From Anaerolineales bacterium (GTDB lineage Bacteria; Chloroflexota; Anaerolineae; Anaerolineales; Villigracilaceae): DNA of 64,000 nucleotides. The position numbers and the translations under genes are program-made. The stretch is from positions 1,257 to 65,256 of the forward strand of contig JAGVAO010000067.1 in assembly GCA_020060235.1 (NCBI GenBank), in the 5' to 3' direction. How positions within the stretch are numbered: position 1 is the first letter of the stretch; every line of letters starts with the position of its first letter. Shown here in pieces: positions 52,610-61,198 of the stretch. The notes under the pieces are model-generated. The model saw only the letters and a program-made list of their open reading frames with translations. It did not search any database and was not told the origin of the DNA.

Positions 52610-53932
52610 TCAGGATGTGAATTTGCCAGCAGATGCCTGTTCAAGCCAGTTGCTTATCAGACGGCCATGTTCTGGCATGTGGTGTTCCACTGCGTCGGCG
52701 TAAACTTTCAGGTAGCCTGCGACAGCCTCGGGCGGGATGTGGTGAACTTTGATGAGCGTTTCGAGCCAATCCAACTCGGTGTCGATGAAGTTCAGGTCGC
52801 CCAACTGCAGGGCGGCGGCAATATTGTCGCCCAGGAAGATGTTGGCGCTGGCGAAATGTTCGGGTTTGATGCCGAAGGGCTGTAATCCCTCATTGACGCT
52901 ATTCTCTACCAGAGGGCGTTTAACGATAAACGCCTTCAGAGTTTCCAAATGTTTATTTGACGGCAACCCAGGCCGGGGGGCGTCTGCCCGCGTGACCAGC
53001 AGCGATTCGATACGTTCGATGCCGTCTTCCAGCGAGTCTCCCAGGTAATGACCGGGAATGCTTTCCTTTAAGCCCGGCTGGATGCTGAATATTCGTCCGC
53101 CGTAAACGACTGTTGCGCCGTGCGCCGAGAGCAGGCTGGCTGTTTGCTGAAGGTTGGCAGCGGTTCTGAGTTGCTGCGAAATTAGAACCACCAGGGTCGG
53201 TTGGATTGCCGTCAGGGTTTCCTCGAATCGGTCATGCGGCACGTTGGCACCCAGGTAAATTACATTCAATCCGCGGCGGCGCAAGAAGAGGGTCAGCAGC
53301 AGGCCGCCAAAGGTGTGCCACTCGTTTGGCGGACAGCCCACCAACAGGGTATGCGGACGGGTGGGGGTCGGCGCGGCGGCAATCAGGGCATCGAGGCGGC
53401 GCATGGCCAGTCCCGAAGCAAAGTGTTCCTGCTGCACGCTGGCGCGGTTTTCATACCAGAGCGTTCCAATTTCGGTCAGCCCGCGGGCCAGCAGTTCTGA
53501 GCAAACCACCTCGACCGGGTAAAGGCTAAAGGCCTGGTTGAGGGTTTGTTCGGCTGCGATTTCGTTGAAGTTCAGGCAGGCAGCCAGCCATTGCGAGCGC
53601 AGGGAATCGATGCCGGTTTCGGGCGGCAGGTATATGGCCTGCGGAATGCCGGGCGGGCGCACACCGGGCATGCTTTCGAGCGGGTCTTTGCCGTTGGCGC
53701 TTTGCTCGCGCCACATTTCGACAGCCCGTGAAATCGACAGCCCTTCGTTTTGGCGGGCCACGAGCCATTTAATCAGGGCAATGTCATGCTCCGAGTAAAG
53801 CCGGTGCCCGCCCGCTGTGCGCTGTGGCGACGGTATCCCGTAGCGGCGTTCCCAGGCGCGCAGGGTGTCGGCGTTCAGGCCGGTTTCTTTCAGCACCGCT
53901 TTCAGGTTGTAGACAGGGTTGGTATTTGGCAT
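52610..53932 (-). CDS. carH: MerR-family, B12-binding light-responsive regulator (CarH/LitR-like) with an extra C-terminal domain
   Basis: MerR HTH (YNLKAVLKETGLNADTLRAWERRYG), Wx9EH motif (LWYENRASVQQEHF), and B12 lower-ligand motif ExHxxG (NEWHTFG). About 135 additional C-terminal residues are of unknown family. Confidence 0.75.
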   Translation of the reverse strand: MPNTNPVYNLKAVLKETGLNADTLRAWERRYGIPSPQRTAGGHRLYSEHDIALIKWLVARQNEGLSISRAVEMWREQSANGKDPLESMPGVRPPGIPQAIYLPPETGIDSLRSQWLAACLNFNEIAAEQTLNQAFSLYPVEVVCSELLARGLTEIGTLWYENRASVQQEHFASGLAMRRLDALIAAAPTPTRPHTLLVGCPPNEWHTFGGLLLTLFLRRRGLNVIYLGANVPHDRFEETLTAIQPTLVVLISQQLRTAANLQQTASLLSAHGATVVYGGRIFSIQPGLKESIPGHYLGDSLEDGIERIESLLVTRADAPRPGLPSNKHLETLKAFIVKRPLVENSVNEGLQPFGIKPEHFASANIFLGDNIAAALQLGDLNFIDTELDWLETLIKVHHIPPEAVAGYLKVYADAVEHHMPEHGRLISNWLEQASAGKFTS

Positions 53933-54043
53933 GGCAGTAAGAACTTCTTTCCGAATTGGTTAGGCAGGCAACACGCGGTTTGCCGCAAGGCTGGCACTGC
54001 CGACTTGATGTTAATTAAAGCACGCAATGCTCAAATTGCCAAA

Positions 54044-55576
54044 TCAATCGCCAGCAGCCGGCGAAAGTTTCAGGTTGGCCACCTTGGCCGGGGGCATCTC
54101 TTTCAGGATGCGCTGGGCAGTCAGTTTGGCTGAGAGCAGCACAATCGGCAGGCCGGTGCCAGGGTGGGTCGAAGCCCCCGCAAAATACAGGTTTTTGAAC
54201 TGCGCGTGGCGGTTCTGCGGGCGCAGGAAACCAACCTGCCAGAAGTTGTGGCTCAGGCCAAATGCCGCGCCTTTTTCGAGATTGAACTGCTGTTTCCACT
54301 CTTTTGGTGTGTAGGCAATCTCGAATTTTATGTGCTCTTTCAGGTCGCTAATGCCCATTTCTTTTTCGAGCCGGGCAAAAACCGTTTCGCGGGCGCGGTT
54401 GACCATCGCGTCCCAATCTTGCTGGTTGCTTTCGTCCATGTGGCCAACCGGCACGAGCACATACAGGGTTTCCTGCCCTTCGGGGGCCGCCGCCGGGTCG
54501 GTGCGCGCCGGCGCGTGAACGTAAAACGAAGGCTGTTCGGGTAGGCTGTGGTCGTTGAAAATCTGGTCGAACGAAGCCTTGTAATCGCCGCCCAAAAACA
54601 CATTGTGGTGGGCTATCTCGGGGTAGGACTTGTCCACGCCCCAGTAGAACATAATCGTCGAGCAGGTGTACAACTTCTTGTCCAGTTTTTCCGCTTCGGC
54701 ATTTTTGGGCAGCAGTTCTTTGTAGATGTACGGCAGGTCGGCGTTGCCCACGAAAAGGTCGGCCTCGTAGCGCAGGCCGTCTTCCGTTTCGACGCTCTGG
54801 ACGCGACTCCCCTCAGCCTGGATAGCCTTTACCGGGGCATTGTACACAAACCGGACGCCCAGTTTTTCGGCCACCCCGGTCAAGGCTTCGATGCCCGCAT
54901 ACATCCCGCCGATTGGATACCAGACCCCCTCGGCCAGTTCGGTGTACTGGAGCAGGGAGTAGGTGGCCGGGGCGTCGTAGGGGCTGAGTCCCAGGTACAT
55001 ATTCTGGAAGGTGAACGCCGCCTTGAGCCTTTCATCCTTAAAGAAGCGGCTGGTGTTGCGATAGTGCTTGTCGAGCGCCTTGAGCTGGAAGATGAGCGGC
55101 AGGTTGCTCAGGCTGAAATACTCGAAGATGTTGTAGAAATTGCGCCCGACGAACTTCTCAACCGAAATCTTGTAATGCTTTGCGCCTTCTGCAATATAAC
55201 CCAGGAAACCCGTAAAAGCAGTTTTCTCCACTTTTTCGAGTTGCTTCTGCATTTTCCCAATGTCCGAAGTCAGTTCGATTTGCAGCCCGTCATCAAAGTG
55301 GACTTTGTACGTCGGGTCGATGCGCCGCAGGTCAAGGTGGTCGCTCATCTTCTCGCCCAGCGAGGCGAAAGTTTCCTCCCAAATTTCAGGCATCAGGAAC
55401 AGGGTCGGGCCAATGTCGAAGCGGTGACCGTCGCGGACGATTTGATTGCAGCGTCCGCCGGGTTTGTCATTCTTTTCGAGCACGGTGACATCGAATCCGT
55501 TTTTTGCCAGGCGGGCGGCGGTGGCAATTCCGCCGATGCCGGCGCCGATAACGATTGCGGCAGGTTTAGTAGACAC
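54044..55576 (-). CDS. crtI: phytoene desaturase
   Basis: FAD motif AAIVIGAGIGGIATAARLAKNGFDVTVLEKNDKPGGR and C-terminal FAGASTHPGTGLP. The GTG start at 55576 has AAGGAG 8 nt upstream. The track ORF extends to 55660. Confidence 0.9.
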   Translation of the reverse strand: MSTKPAAIVIGAGIGGIATAARLAKNGFDVTVLEKNDKPGGRCNQIVRDGHRFDIGPTLFLMPEIWEETFASLGEKMSDHLDLRRIDPTYKVHFDDGLQIELTSDIGKMQKQLEKVEKTAFTGFLGYIAEGAKHYKISVEKFVGRNFYNIFEYFSLSNLPLIFQLKALDKHYRNTSRFFKDERLKAAFTFQNMYLGLSPYDAPATYSLLQYTELAEGVWYPIGGMYAGIEALTGVAEKLGVRFVYNAPVKAIQAEGSRVQSVETEDGLRYEADLFVGNADLPYIYKELLPKNAEAEKLDKKLYTCSTIMFYWGVDKSYPEIAHHNVFLGGDYKASFDQIFNDHSLPEQPSFYVHAPARTDPAAAPEGQETLYVLVPVGHMDESNQQDWDAMVNRARETVFARLEKEMGISDLKEHIKFEIAYTPKEWKQQFNLEKGAAFGLSHNFWQVGFLRPQNRHAQFKNLYFAGASTHPGTGLPIVLLSAKLTAQRILKEMPPAKVANLKLSPAAGD

Positions 55577-55642
55577 GGGATGAACTCCTTGGTGAGAATT
55601 TACTTGGGTGAATGGTGGCGTTTTTTTGCTAACGATGCCCGT

Positions 55643-55670
55643 AGTATAACACTTGTCCATGTTTTGTCAA
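55643..55670 (-). promoter_or_regulatory. promoter of the crtI-led minus-strand array
   Basis: On the minus strand: TTGACA (55670-55665), a 16-nt spacer, then TATACT (55648-55643). Confidence 0.55.
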
Positions 55671-55688
55671 GCAATTTTGCGAAAAACC

Positions 55689-55716
55689 TTGACAAAAATT
55701 GAACAATCCGTAAAAT
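55689..55716 (+). promoter_or_regulatory. crtB promoter
   Basis: TTGACA (55689-55694), a 16-nt spacer, then TAAAAT (55711-55716). Confidence 0.55.
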
Positions 55717-55761
55717 ACGGATATTCGACTATCCACTACGATAGAAGACAGGAGAGAAATC

Positions 55762-56709
55762 ATGCACGCACACTGGGAACGCAATCTGCTCAACCTGGCC
55801 GGGAACATCCCGCACCCGTCCACACGCCCCATTTTCTCGTACTGGGCTGGCGACGCCTCGCTCGAAGACGCTTACCAGCTCTGCGCCCGAATTGCCGCCG
55901 AACACTCGAAATCTTTTTATATGGCATCGGGCCTGTTGCCCGAAGAAAAGCGCTCTGCCGCCCGCGCGTTGTATGCCTTTTGTCGTGTTGTAGATGATAT
56001 TGTGGATGAAGGTTCTGTGGTGGGGCGGGAAGTCGAACTTGACTACTGGCGCGGCGTTGTGCAGGGGCTTATCCACCCTCGCGCCGACGACCTGGTAGCC
56101 CAGGCCTGGGCCGATACCCGCTCCCGTTATCATATTCCCCCGCGTTATGCCCTGCAACTGATTGACGGCGTTTCGCGCGACCTGACCCAGACCCGTTATA
56201 AAACCTTCGACGACCTGGCGACCTATTGTTATGGCGTTGCCTCGACCGTCGGGTTGATGAGCATGTATATTGTCGGCTTCAAATCCAACGAGGCGCTGCC
56301 GTATGCCATTAAGTTGGGCGTAGCCCTGCAAATGACCAACATCCTGCGCGATGTCGGCGAAGATTTCCGCAATGGCCGCATTTATCTGCCGAAAGATGAG
56401 TTGAAAGCCTTTGGCATCAGCGAAGCCGACCTGGCGCGCGGCATTGTCAACGACGCCTGGCGCAATTTCATGCGCTTCCAAATCGACCGCACGCGTAAAC
56501 TCTATGCCGAAGCCGAGAAGGGCATTGCCTTCCTCGAGCGCGACGGCCAGATGGCAATTGGGGCCTCGTCCAATTTTTATCAGGGCATCCTGGATGTCAT
56601 CGAGGCCAGCGATTACGATGTGTTTTCCAAACGTGCCAGTCTCACCGCCTGGGGCAAGGTTAGCCGCATCCCTGCGTTGTGGTTCAAACTTGCCACGCTG
56701 TCTCAATAG
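55762..56709 (+). CDS. crtB: phytoene synthase
   Basis: SKSFYMASGLLPEEKRSAARALYAFCRVVDDIVD, YCYGVASTVGLM and NILRDVGED. Confidence 0.9.
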   Translation: MHAHWERNLLNLAGNIPHPSTRPIFSYWAGDASLEDAYQLCARIAAEHSKSFYMASGLLPEEKRSAARALYAFCRVVDDIVDEGSVVGREVELDYWRGVVQGLIHPRADDLVAQAWADTRSRYHIPPRYALQLIDGVSRDLTQTRYKTFDDLATYCYGVASTVGLMSMYIVGFKSNEALPYAIKLGVALQMTNILRDVGEDFRNGRIYLPKDELKAFGISEADLARGIVNDAWRNFMRFQIDRTRKLYAEAEKGIAFLERDGQMAIGASSNFYQGILDVIEASDYDVFSKRASLTAWGKVSRIPALWFKLATLSQ

Positions 56710-56763
56710 TTCGAGTCTGCGTACAGGTGATTCTCCTTTGGGTGAAGGGTGCAAGCCCTTCAG

Positions 56764-56801
56764 CAAGCCCCCCGTCGGGCAACGGGGGGCTTGTCTTTTT
56801 T
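56764..56801 (+). terminator. rho-independent terminator after crtB
   Basis: 'aagcccccc'-gtcgggcaac-'ggggggctt' stem followed by GTCTTTTTT. Confidence 0.75.
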
Positions 56802-57537
56802 ATGTTTGCTGTGCCGGAGCTGGCTTTTTGAGCCAATCCTTGATAATAAAGGGCAGGTAAAGCAGCAGGAAAGTGACCAGCCCGATACCCTGCACGACCA
56901 GCAGGTACCAGGGCCATTCGGGCATGATGTCGAACAGGCTGGCGGTGTCGGGTTTGCGCAGAGTGTACAGGTAATTGCTGCCAATCAGCCAGTTGATGCC
57001 GGTCACAATTGCCATGTAAATATTGCCGCCGACAATGACCCGCAGAAGCGACTTCCAGGTCGGGCGAAAACCCTCGACGGTGGTCATGTAAATCGCGGCG
57101 GTCACAATCAATCCGTGCGAAATAAACGTTTGGAAAAAACGATAGTGGGGATAGCCGTAAATGCCCAGGTCGGGGGTGATAACGGCCTGCAACGCCCCGC
57201 CGATGCCTAAAAAGTACATGTATTCGTAAATGACGTAATTCCTTTTGACCAGCATCCAGCCGCCCAGCCAGACCAGGATACTGCAAACGTGAAACGGGAG
57301 CATGGTCTGGATGTTCCACTGGCCGACCGCGGCGTTCCACAAATGCCAGCCGATTTCATTGCCCCACAGCACCAGGGCCATCGCCAGGGCGGCCCTGGCG
57401 CGCGCTTCCGGGCTGGCTGCTCGAAACCGCAAAAGCAGAAAGTTGAGAATCAAGAGTACCGCCATGGCGGTCATGTGTTCGGGGCCGAGGAAGACAAATT
57501 CCGGGCCGATGAAGTCTTTGGCGAAGAAATTTTCCAT
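56800..57537 (-). CDS. TIGR02206 (YwaF-like) family integral membrane protein
   Basis: Protein of about 7 TM helices with the characteristic MLPFHVCSILVW and YPHYRFFQTFISHG motifs. Confidence 0.65.
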   Translation of the reverse strand: MENFFAKDFIGPEFVFLGPEHMTAMAVLLILNFLLLRFRAASPEARARAALAMALVLWGNEIGWHLWNAAVGQWNIQTMLPFHVCSILVWLGGWMLVKRNYVIYEYMYFLGIGGALQAVITPDLGIYGYPHYRFFQTFISHGLIVTAAIYMTTVEGFRPTWKSLLRVIVGGNIYMAIVTGINWLIGSNYLYTLRKPDTASLFDIMPEWPWYLLVVQGIGLVTFLLLYLPFIIKDWLKKPAPAQQT

Positions 57538-57577
57538 GCGCTATCCCTCCAATTTTTTATGGATAAATTATACCGTT

Positions 57578-58408
57578 TTATGCCCCCGCCAGCCGGCCCC
57601 ATTCTTCAATCGAGAGTGTTTCGGCGCGGCGCATTGGGTCGATGCCTGCCGCAGTGAGCAGGTTGGCCGCTTCAGGGGCCGGGATTGCCAGCCCGGCCGA
57701 CAGACTGTTGCGCAGGGTTTTACGTTTTTGCGAAAAACCGGCCTTTGCCAGCCGGAAGAAAGCCTCCAGCCTGCCCGGCGGGATGAGCGGCTCAGGGTAC
57801 AAATCGACGCGGATAACCGCCGAATCGACTTTGGGCGCGGGGTAAAAAGCCCCAGCCGGGATTTTCGCGGCGATGGATGGCTTGCCGTAAACCTGAACGC
57901 TGAGGGCCAGCAGGCTCATTTCACCGGGGGCGGCGCAAATTCGCTCGGCGACTTCTTTTTGAATGGTGAGCGCAATTCGGCGCGGGCGGGGTGCTTTGTC
58001 GAGCAGATGGCGGAAAACTGCCGAGGTGATGTAATAAGGAATATTGGCGGCCACCAGGTAGTCGCCGCCGGGCATCAGTTCGGCGGGCGCAAAGTTCAGG
58101 ATGTCGCCCTGGATGACGCGCACATTGCCAAAGGGTTTGAGTACCTCGCCCAAAACGGGAATCAGGCTCCCGTCCAGTTCGACCGCTGTCACCGACCGGG
58201 CGGAAAGGGCCAGGTGGCGGGTCAGGCTTCCCAGGCCGGGGCCGATTTCGAGCACATTATCATCCGCCGTAACCCCTGCGGCATGGACGATTTTTGCCAG
58301 CACCTCGTCATCTTGCAGGAAGTTTTGTCCCAGGCCTTTGCTGGCGTGAAGGCCGTGAGCGCGCAGCAGGGCCGGGATGTTGAGCGGCGGCAGGTTTTCT
58401 AGGGGCAT
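57578..58408 (-). CDS. rsmA: 16S rRNA (adenine1518/1519-N6)-dimethyltransferase
   Basis: KGLGQNFL, VLEIGPGLGSLT and NIPYYITS. I chose the start ATG at 58408 (MPLENLPPL...), which overlaps the upstream stop by 10 nt. Confidence 0.85.
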   Translation of the reverse strand: MPLENLPPLNIPALLRAHGLHASKGLGQNFLQDDEVLAKIVHAAGVTADDNVLEIGPGLGSLTRHLALSARSVTAVELDGSLIPVLGEVLKPFGNVRVIQGDILNFAPAELMPGGDYLVAANIPYYITSAVFRHLLDKAPRPRRIALTIQKEVAERICAAPGEMSLLALSVQVYGKPSIAAKIPAGAFYPAPKVDSAVIRVDLYPEPLIPPGRLEAFFRLAKAGFSQKRKTLRNSLSAGLAIPAPEAANLLTAAGIDPMRRAETLSIEEWGRLAGA

Positions 58409-59622
58409 GAGAACGGTTCTCCGGGGCTGGCGGCAGGCGCGGCAGGGGTCAGGGGGGTGGGCAGCGGCTCGGCTGGGGCTATGGCAGAAGGCGGCGTGGG
58501 CCAATCGCCGCTTTGAAAGGCCGCGACATACAGGCGCATCCGGTCGAAATCGGCTTTGTAGATGAAGACCTGTTTTTTGAAGATGGGGTCGTAAATGCGC
58601 GAGGCGGTCAGCAGGTCTTCGGGAAAGGAGACAAAGCGGATGTTTTGCGGCGGGATTTGCGGCGCAAGGCAGGTCAGCGCGCTGATTTCACGCGGCGAAA
58701 GGTCGGTCTGAACCGCGCCCTCGAAAGCCTGGATGACGTCGGGCAGGCGGCCAATATTGGACGGTTTTAGCGCGGCATCGCGCAGGGCGCAGGCAATCAG
58801 GCTCTGGTGGGCGCTGCGGTCGGCGTTACTGCCGATGCGCATGCGCGCCAGGGTCAGGGCTTGTTCTCCCTTCAATCGCTGCGGCCCGGGCTTGAAGTAC
58901 AAATCGTCGCGGGTTTGCTGGTCAGACATGCGTCCATCTACAGCGTAAGGCAGGTTGATTTCGACGCCGCCATAGGCATCGACCAGGCGCACAAAGGTTT
59001 GCATGTTGATGGCCAGGTAGTGGTCGGGACGCGCGCCGAAGTTCAGGTCGAGGGTGCGCGCCAGCAGGCCGGGGCCAAGGCCGGGGCCGTCGTAATAGCC
59101 AAAGCCGGGATTGCCGTACAGGTAAGACTGGTTGAGTTTTTCGTGGGTAATGCCGTGATGGTCCGAAATATCTGGAATTTCGACCCACAGGTCGCGCGGA
59201 AATTCGAGCACCGTCACGCCGGGGTTGGCAAAATCGACCCGCACCAGGCGGATGACATCAGCCAGCCCGTACAGGTAGCCGCTGCCGCGCGTATCCGACC
59301 CGATGGCGAGGATGAGCATCCGCTCTGGCCCGCCGCAGCGCGCCCGCGACGGATGTGCCGGCGGGGTGCGGGTCGGGAAGACGGGCAGGGTCGCTTCATA
59401 GGGCAGGCCGATTAAATTGCTGCCGGGTGTTTCAAAAGGGGTGGCTGTTGCCTGGTTTCCATTGCTTGTCGGGGCGGGTGTGCGAGGCGCAAGAGTTGGC
59501 CAACCGAGGGCCGGGCCGAGCGGCCGGTTCCAGCGCTCAACCAATTCGAACCCAATCCCAAACCAGACCAGGCCCAACAACCCCAGCGCTACCACAAATG
59601 CGACTTTTGCCCAGGTGCTCAT
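58399..59622 (-). CDS. LCP (LytR-CpsA-Psr) family cell-envelope phosphotransferase
   Basis: N-terminal TM helix and LCP core LILAIGSDTRGSG...LADVIRLVRVD...FPRDLWVEIP. Confidence 0.8.
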   Translation of the reverse strand: MSTWAKVAFVVALGLLGLVWFGIGFELVERWNRPLGPALGWPTLAPRTPAPTSNGNQATATPFETPGSNLIGLPYEATLPVFPTRTPPAHPSRARCGGPERMLILAIGSDTRGSGYLYGLADVIRLVRVDFANPGVTVLEFPRDLWVEIPDISDHHGITHEKLNQSYLYGNPGFGYYDGPGLGPGLLARTLDLNFGARPDHYLAINMQTFVRLVDAYGGVEINLPYAVDGRMSDQQTRDDLYFKPGPQRLKGEQALTLARMRIGSNADRSAHQSLIACALRDAALKPSNIGRLPDVIQAFEGAVQTDLSPREISALTCLAPQIPPQNIRFVSFPEDLLTASRIYDPIFKKQVFIYKADFDRMRLYVAAFQSGDWPTPPSAIAPAEPLPTPLTPAAPAASPGEPFSCP

Positions 59623-59631
59623 CTCACCCCA

Positions 59632-60675
59632 TTATTTCAGGAAGTATGGAATCTCTTGCGGCGCGGGCGCAAGGAAATAAACGGTTATCCAGCCGCTCCA
59701 GGTTTCGAAGTCGTCATCTGAAAATCCCAGGTCAATCCACGGGCGGCCGTCAGGGAAGCCGCCGCCGACATCCGAAACCACTGCCACGCCGTAGCCGGGA
59801 ATATAGACCTGCGTACCGCGCAATTGGTTAAACCACAGGCGCGTCATGGCGACCACCCCGCGCTGCACGGGCAGGCCGCCGGCTGTGCCGTAGAAACAGC
59901 GGTCAGGCACGCCTGACCGGCAAGGCGAGTAGGATGTGGCATACATCGAAATGGCGCGCCAGTACTGCAATTGTGTTCCCGGCACGGTTTGCAGGCTAAT
60001 CTTTGTCCCGCGCCCGCTCAGGCGGTCTTGGGGTGGCTGGACGACCGCCTCGGCTTCCTCGAAGCGCGCGGTTTCCTGCCCGTCTTCGTAGCGGATGCGT
60101 GTGCGCGTTATCAGCACGCCCGGCTTGCCGGGCGAAAGAATTTCCTCGATACCCAGCGGCACTTCGGGCGCATCGACATACTGGGTTTGGAAAGGAATGG
60201 ATTTTTGCGCCAGCGAGAGCGTTTCGCGCACGCGGACGATTTGGATGGCCCCTTCGACCGGCGCCGGGGCGGATTCATCCGGGAGGCTGTAATCCAGCCC
60301 GACGAGCGCAATCCCGGCTGAAGCCAATACCTGCCCAACCGTCTCACCGCTGGCTTTTACCGTTATCTCCTGCCCATCCACGCGGACGGTAATCTGGCGC
60401 GCCGGGTGGTATTCGACCGTCATATCGGCATCCAGCGGCGTCTGGAGCGGCGGCCAAACCAGGTCGCGCTCGTCGGGGGCAAATCCCGCCTCGCGCAGGG
60501 CTTCGCCGACAGTCCCGGCCCGGGTGTCGAAAGCTGTCTCGCCCGCCGGGGTCAGCAGGGTGATTTGCCGGGTTTGCGGCGCTGAGGTTTCGGCGGCGGG
60601 TTGCTGCGGCGCGTCGGCGGGCTGGCAGGCTGCCAGCAGCAGGAGGACCAGCAGAAGTAAACAGCGAATTCGCAT
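59632..60675 (-). CDS. DUF348-G5-3D domain cell-wall protein (YabE/RpfB-like)
   Basis: Lipoprotein-like signal MRIRCLLLLVLLLLAAC, DUF348 repeats, a G5 region (LSPGKPGVLITRTRIRYEDGQE), and a C-terminal 3D/RlpA-like domain (GVVAMTR...VYIPGYGVAVVSDVGGG). Confidence 0.75.
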   Translation of the reverse strand: MRIRCLLLLVLLLLAACQPADAPQQPAAETSAPQTRQITLLTPAGETAFDTRAGTVGEALREAGFAPDERDLVWPPLQTPLDADMTVEYHPARQITVRVDGQEITVKASGETVGQVLASAGIALVGLDYSLPDESAPAPVEGAIQIVRVRETLSLAQKSIPFQTQYVDAPEVPLGIEEILSPGKPGVLITRTRIRYEDGQETARFEEAEAVVQPPQDRLSGRGTKISLQTVPGTQLQYWRAISMYATSYSPCRSGVPDRCFYGTAGGLPVQRGVVAMTRLWFNQLRGTQVYIPGYGVAVVSDVGGGFPDGRPWIDLGFSDDDFETWSGWITVYFLAPAPQEIPYFLK

Positions 60676-60680
60676 TTCGA

Positions 60681-61160
60681 TTATTTCAATCTCTCCAGCC
60701 AACCCTGGCAGGAGCGTTCGACCATCTGGTAAACCGTTTCAAAGTCGTTCAGGTCGCCGTAATAGGGGTCGGGAACTTCGAGATTGCCCCTGGCTTGTGG
60801 GTCGGCCTCGCGCAGCAGGTGAATTTTTTCGCGGGCCGGTCCGTTGCCCGCCATGCGCAGCAAACCGTGATAGATGTCCTCGTCGAGGGCCAGGATGAGG
60901 TCGAAACGCTCAAGGTCGCGGGCGCGGAACTGCTGGGCCGTGCTGTCGAGGCTGATTCCATGCTGACGGGCGACAATTTGCGAACGGCTGTCGGGAGTCT
61001 CGCCGACATGCCATCCGCCCAGCCCCGCCGATTCGATGTGGAATTCCTCCTCGCGCCCGGCTTCTTTAACGAGTTTTTTGAAAATGCCTTCCCCCAGCGG
61101 ACTGCGGCAAATGTTGCCCAGGCAGACAAAGGTGACGGCATAAGGTTTGGTAGTAGTCAT
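60681..61160 (-). CDS. low-molecular-weight protein-tyrosine phosphatase
   Basis: Active site VCLGNICRSPLGEG (CX5R-S) and a DP motif near the C-terminus (VPDPYYG). Confidence 0.9.
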   Translation of the reverse strand: MTTTKPYAVTFVCLGNICRSPLGEGIFKKLVKEAGREEEFHIESAGLGGWHVGETPDSRSQIVARQHGISLDSTAQQFRARDLERFDLILALDEDIYHGLLRMAGNGPAREKIHLLREADPQARGNLEVPDPYYGDLNDFETVYQMVERSCQGWLERLK

Positions 61161-61198
61161 GGGGAGAGCCTTGTTTTAAGTGTGGATTTCAGTATACC

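Noticed and set aside
54548-56766. Long ORFs antisense to crtI (54548..55702, +) and to crtB (55729..56766, -)
   Set aside because: crtI and crtB have unmistakable family motifs on the opposite strands. The antisense translations are low-complexity sequences rich in V, G and R.
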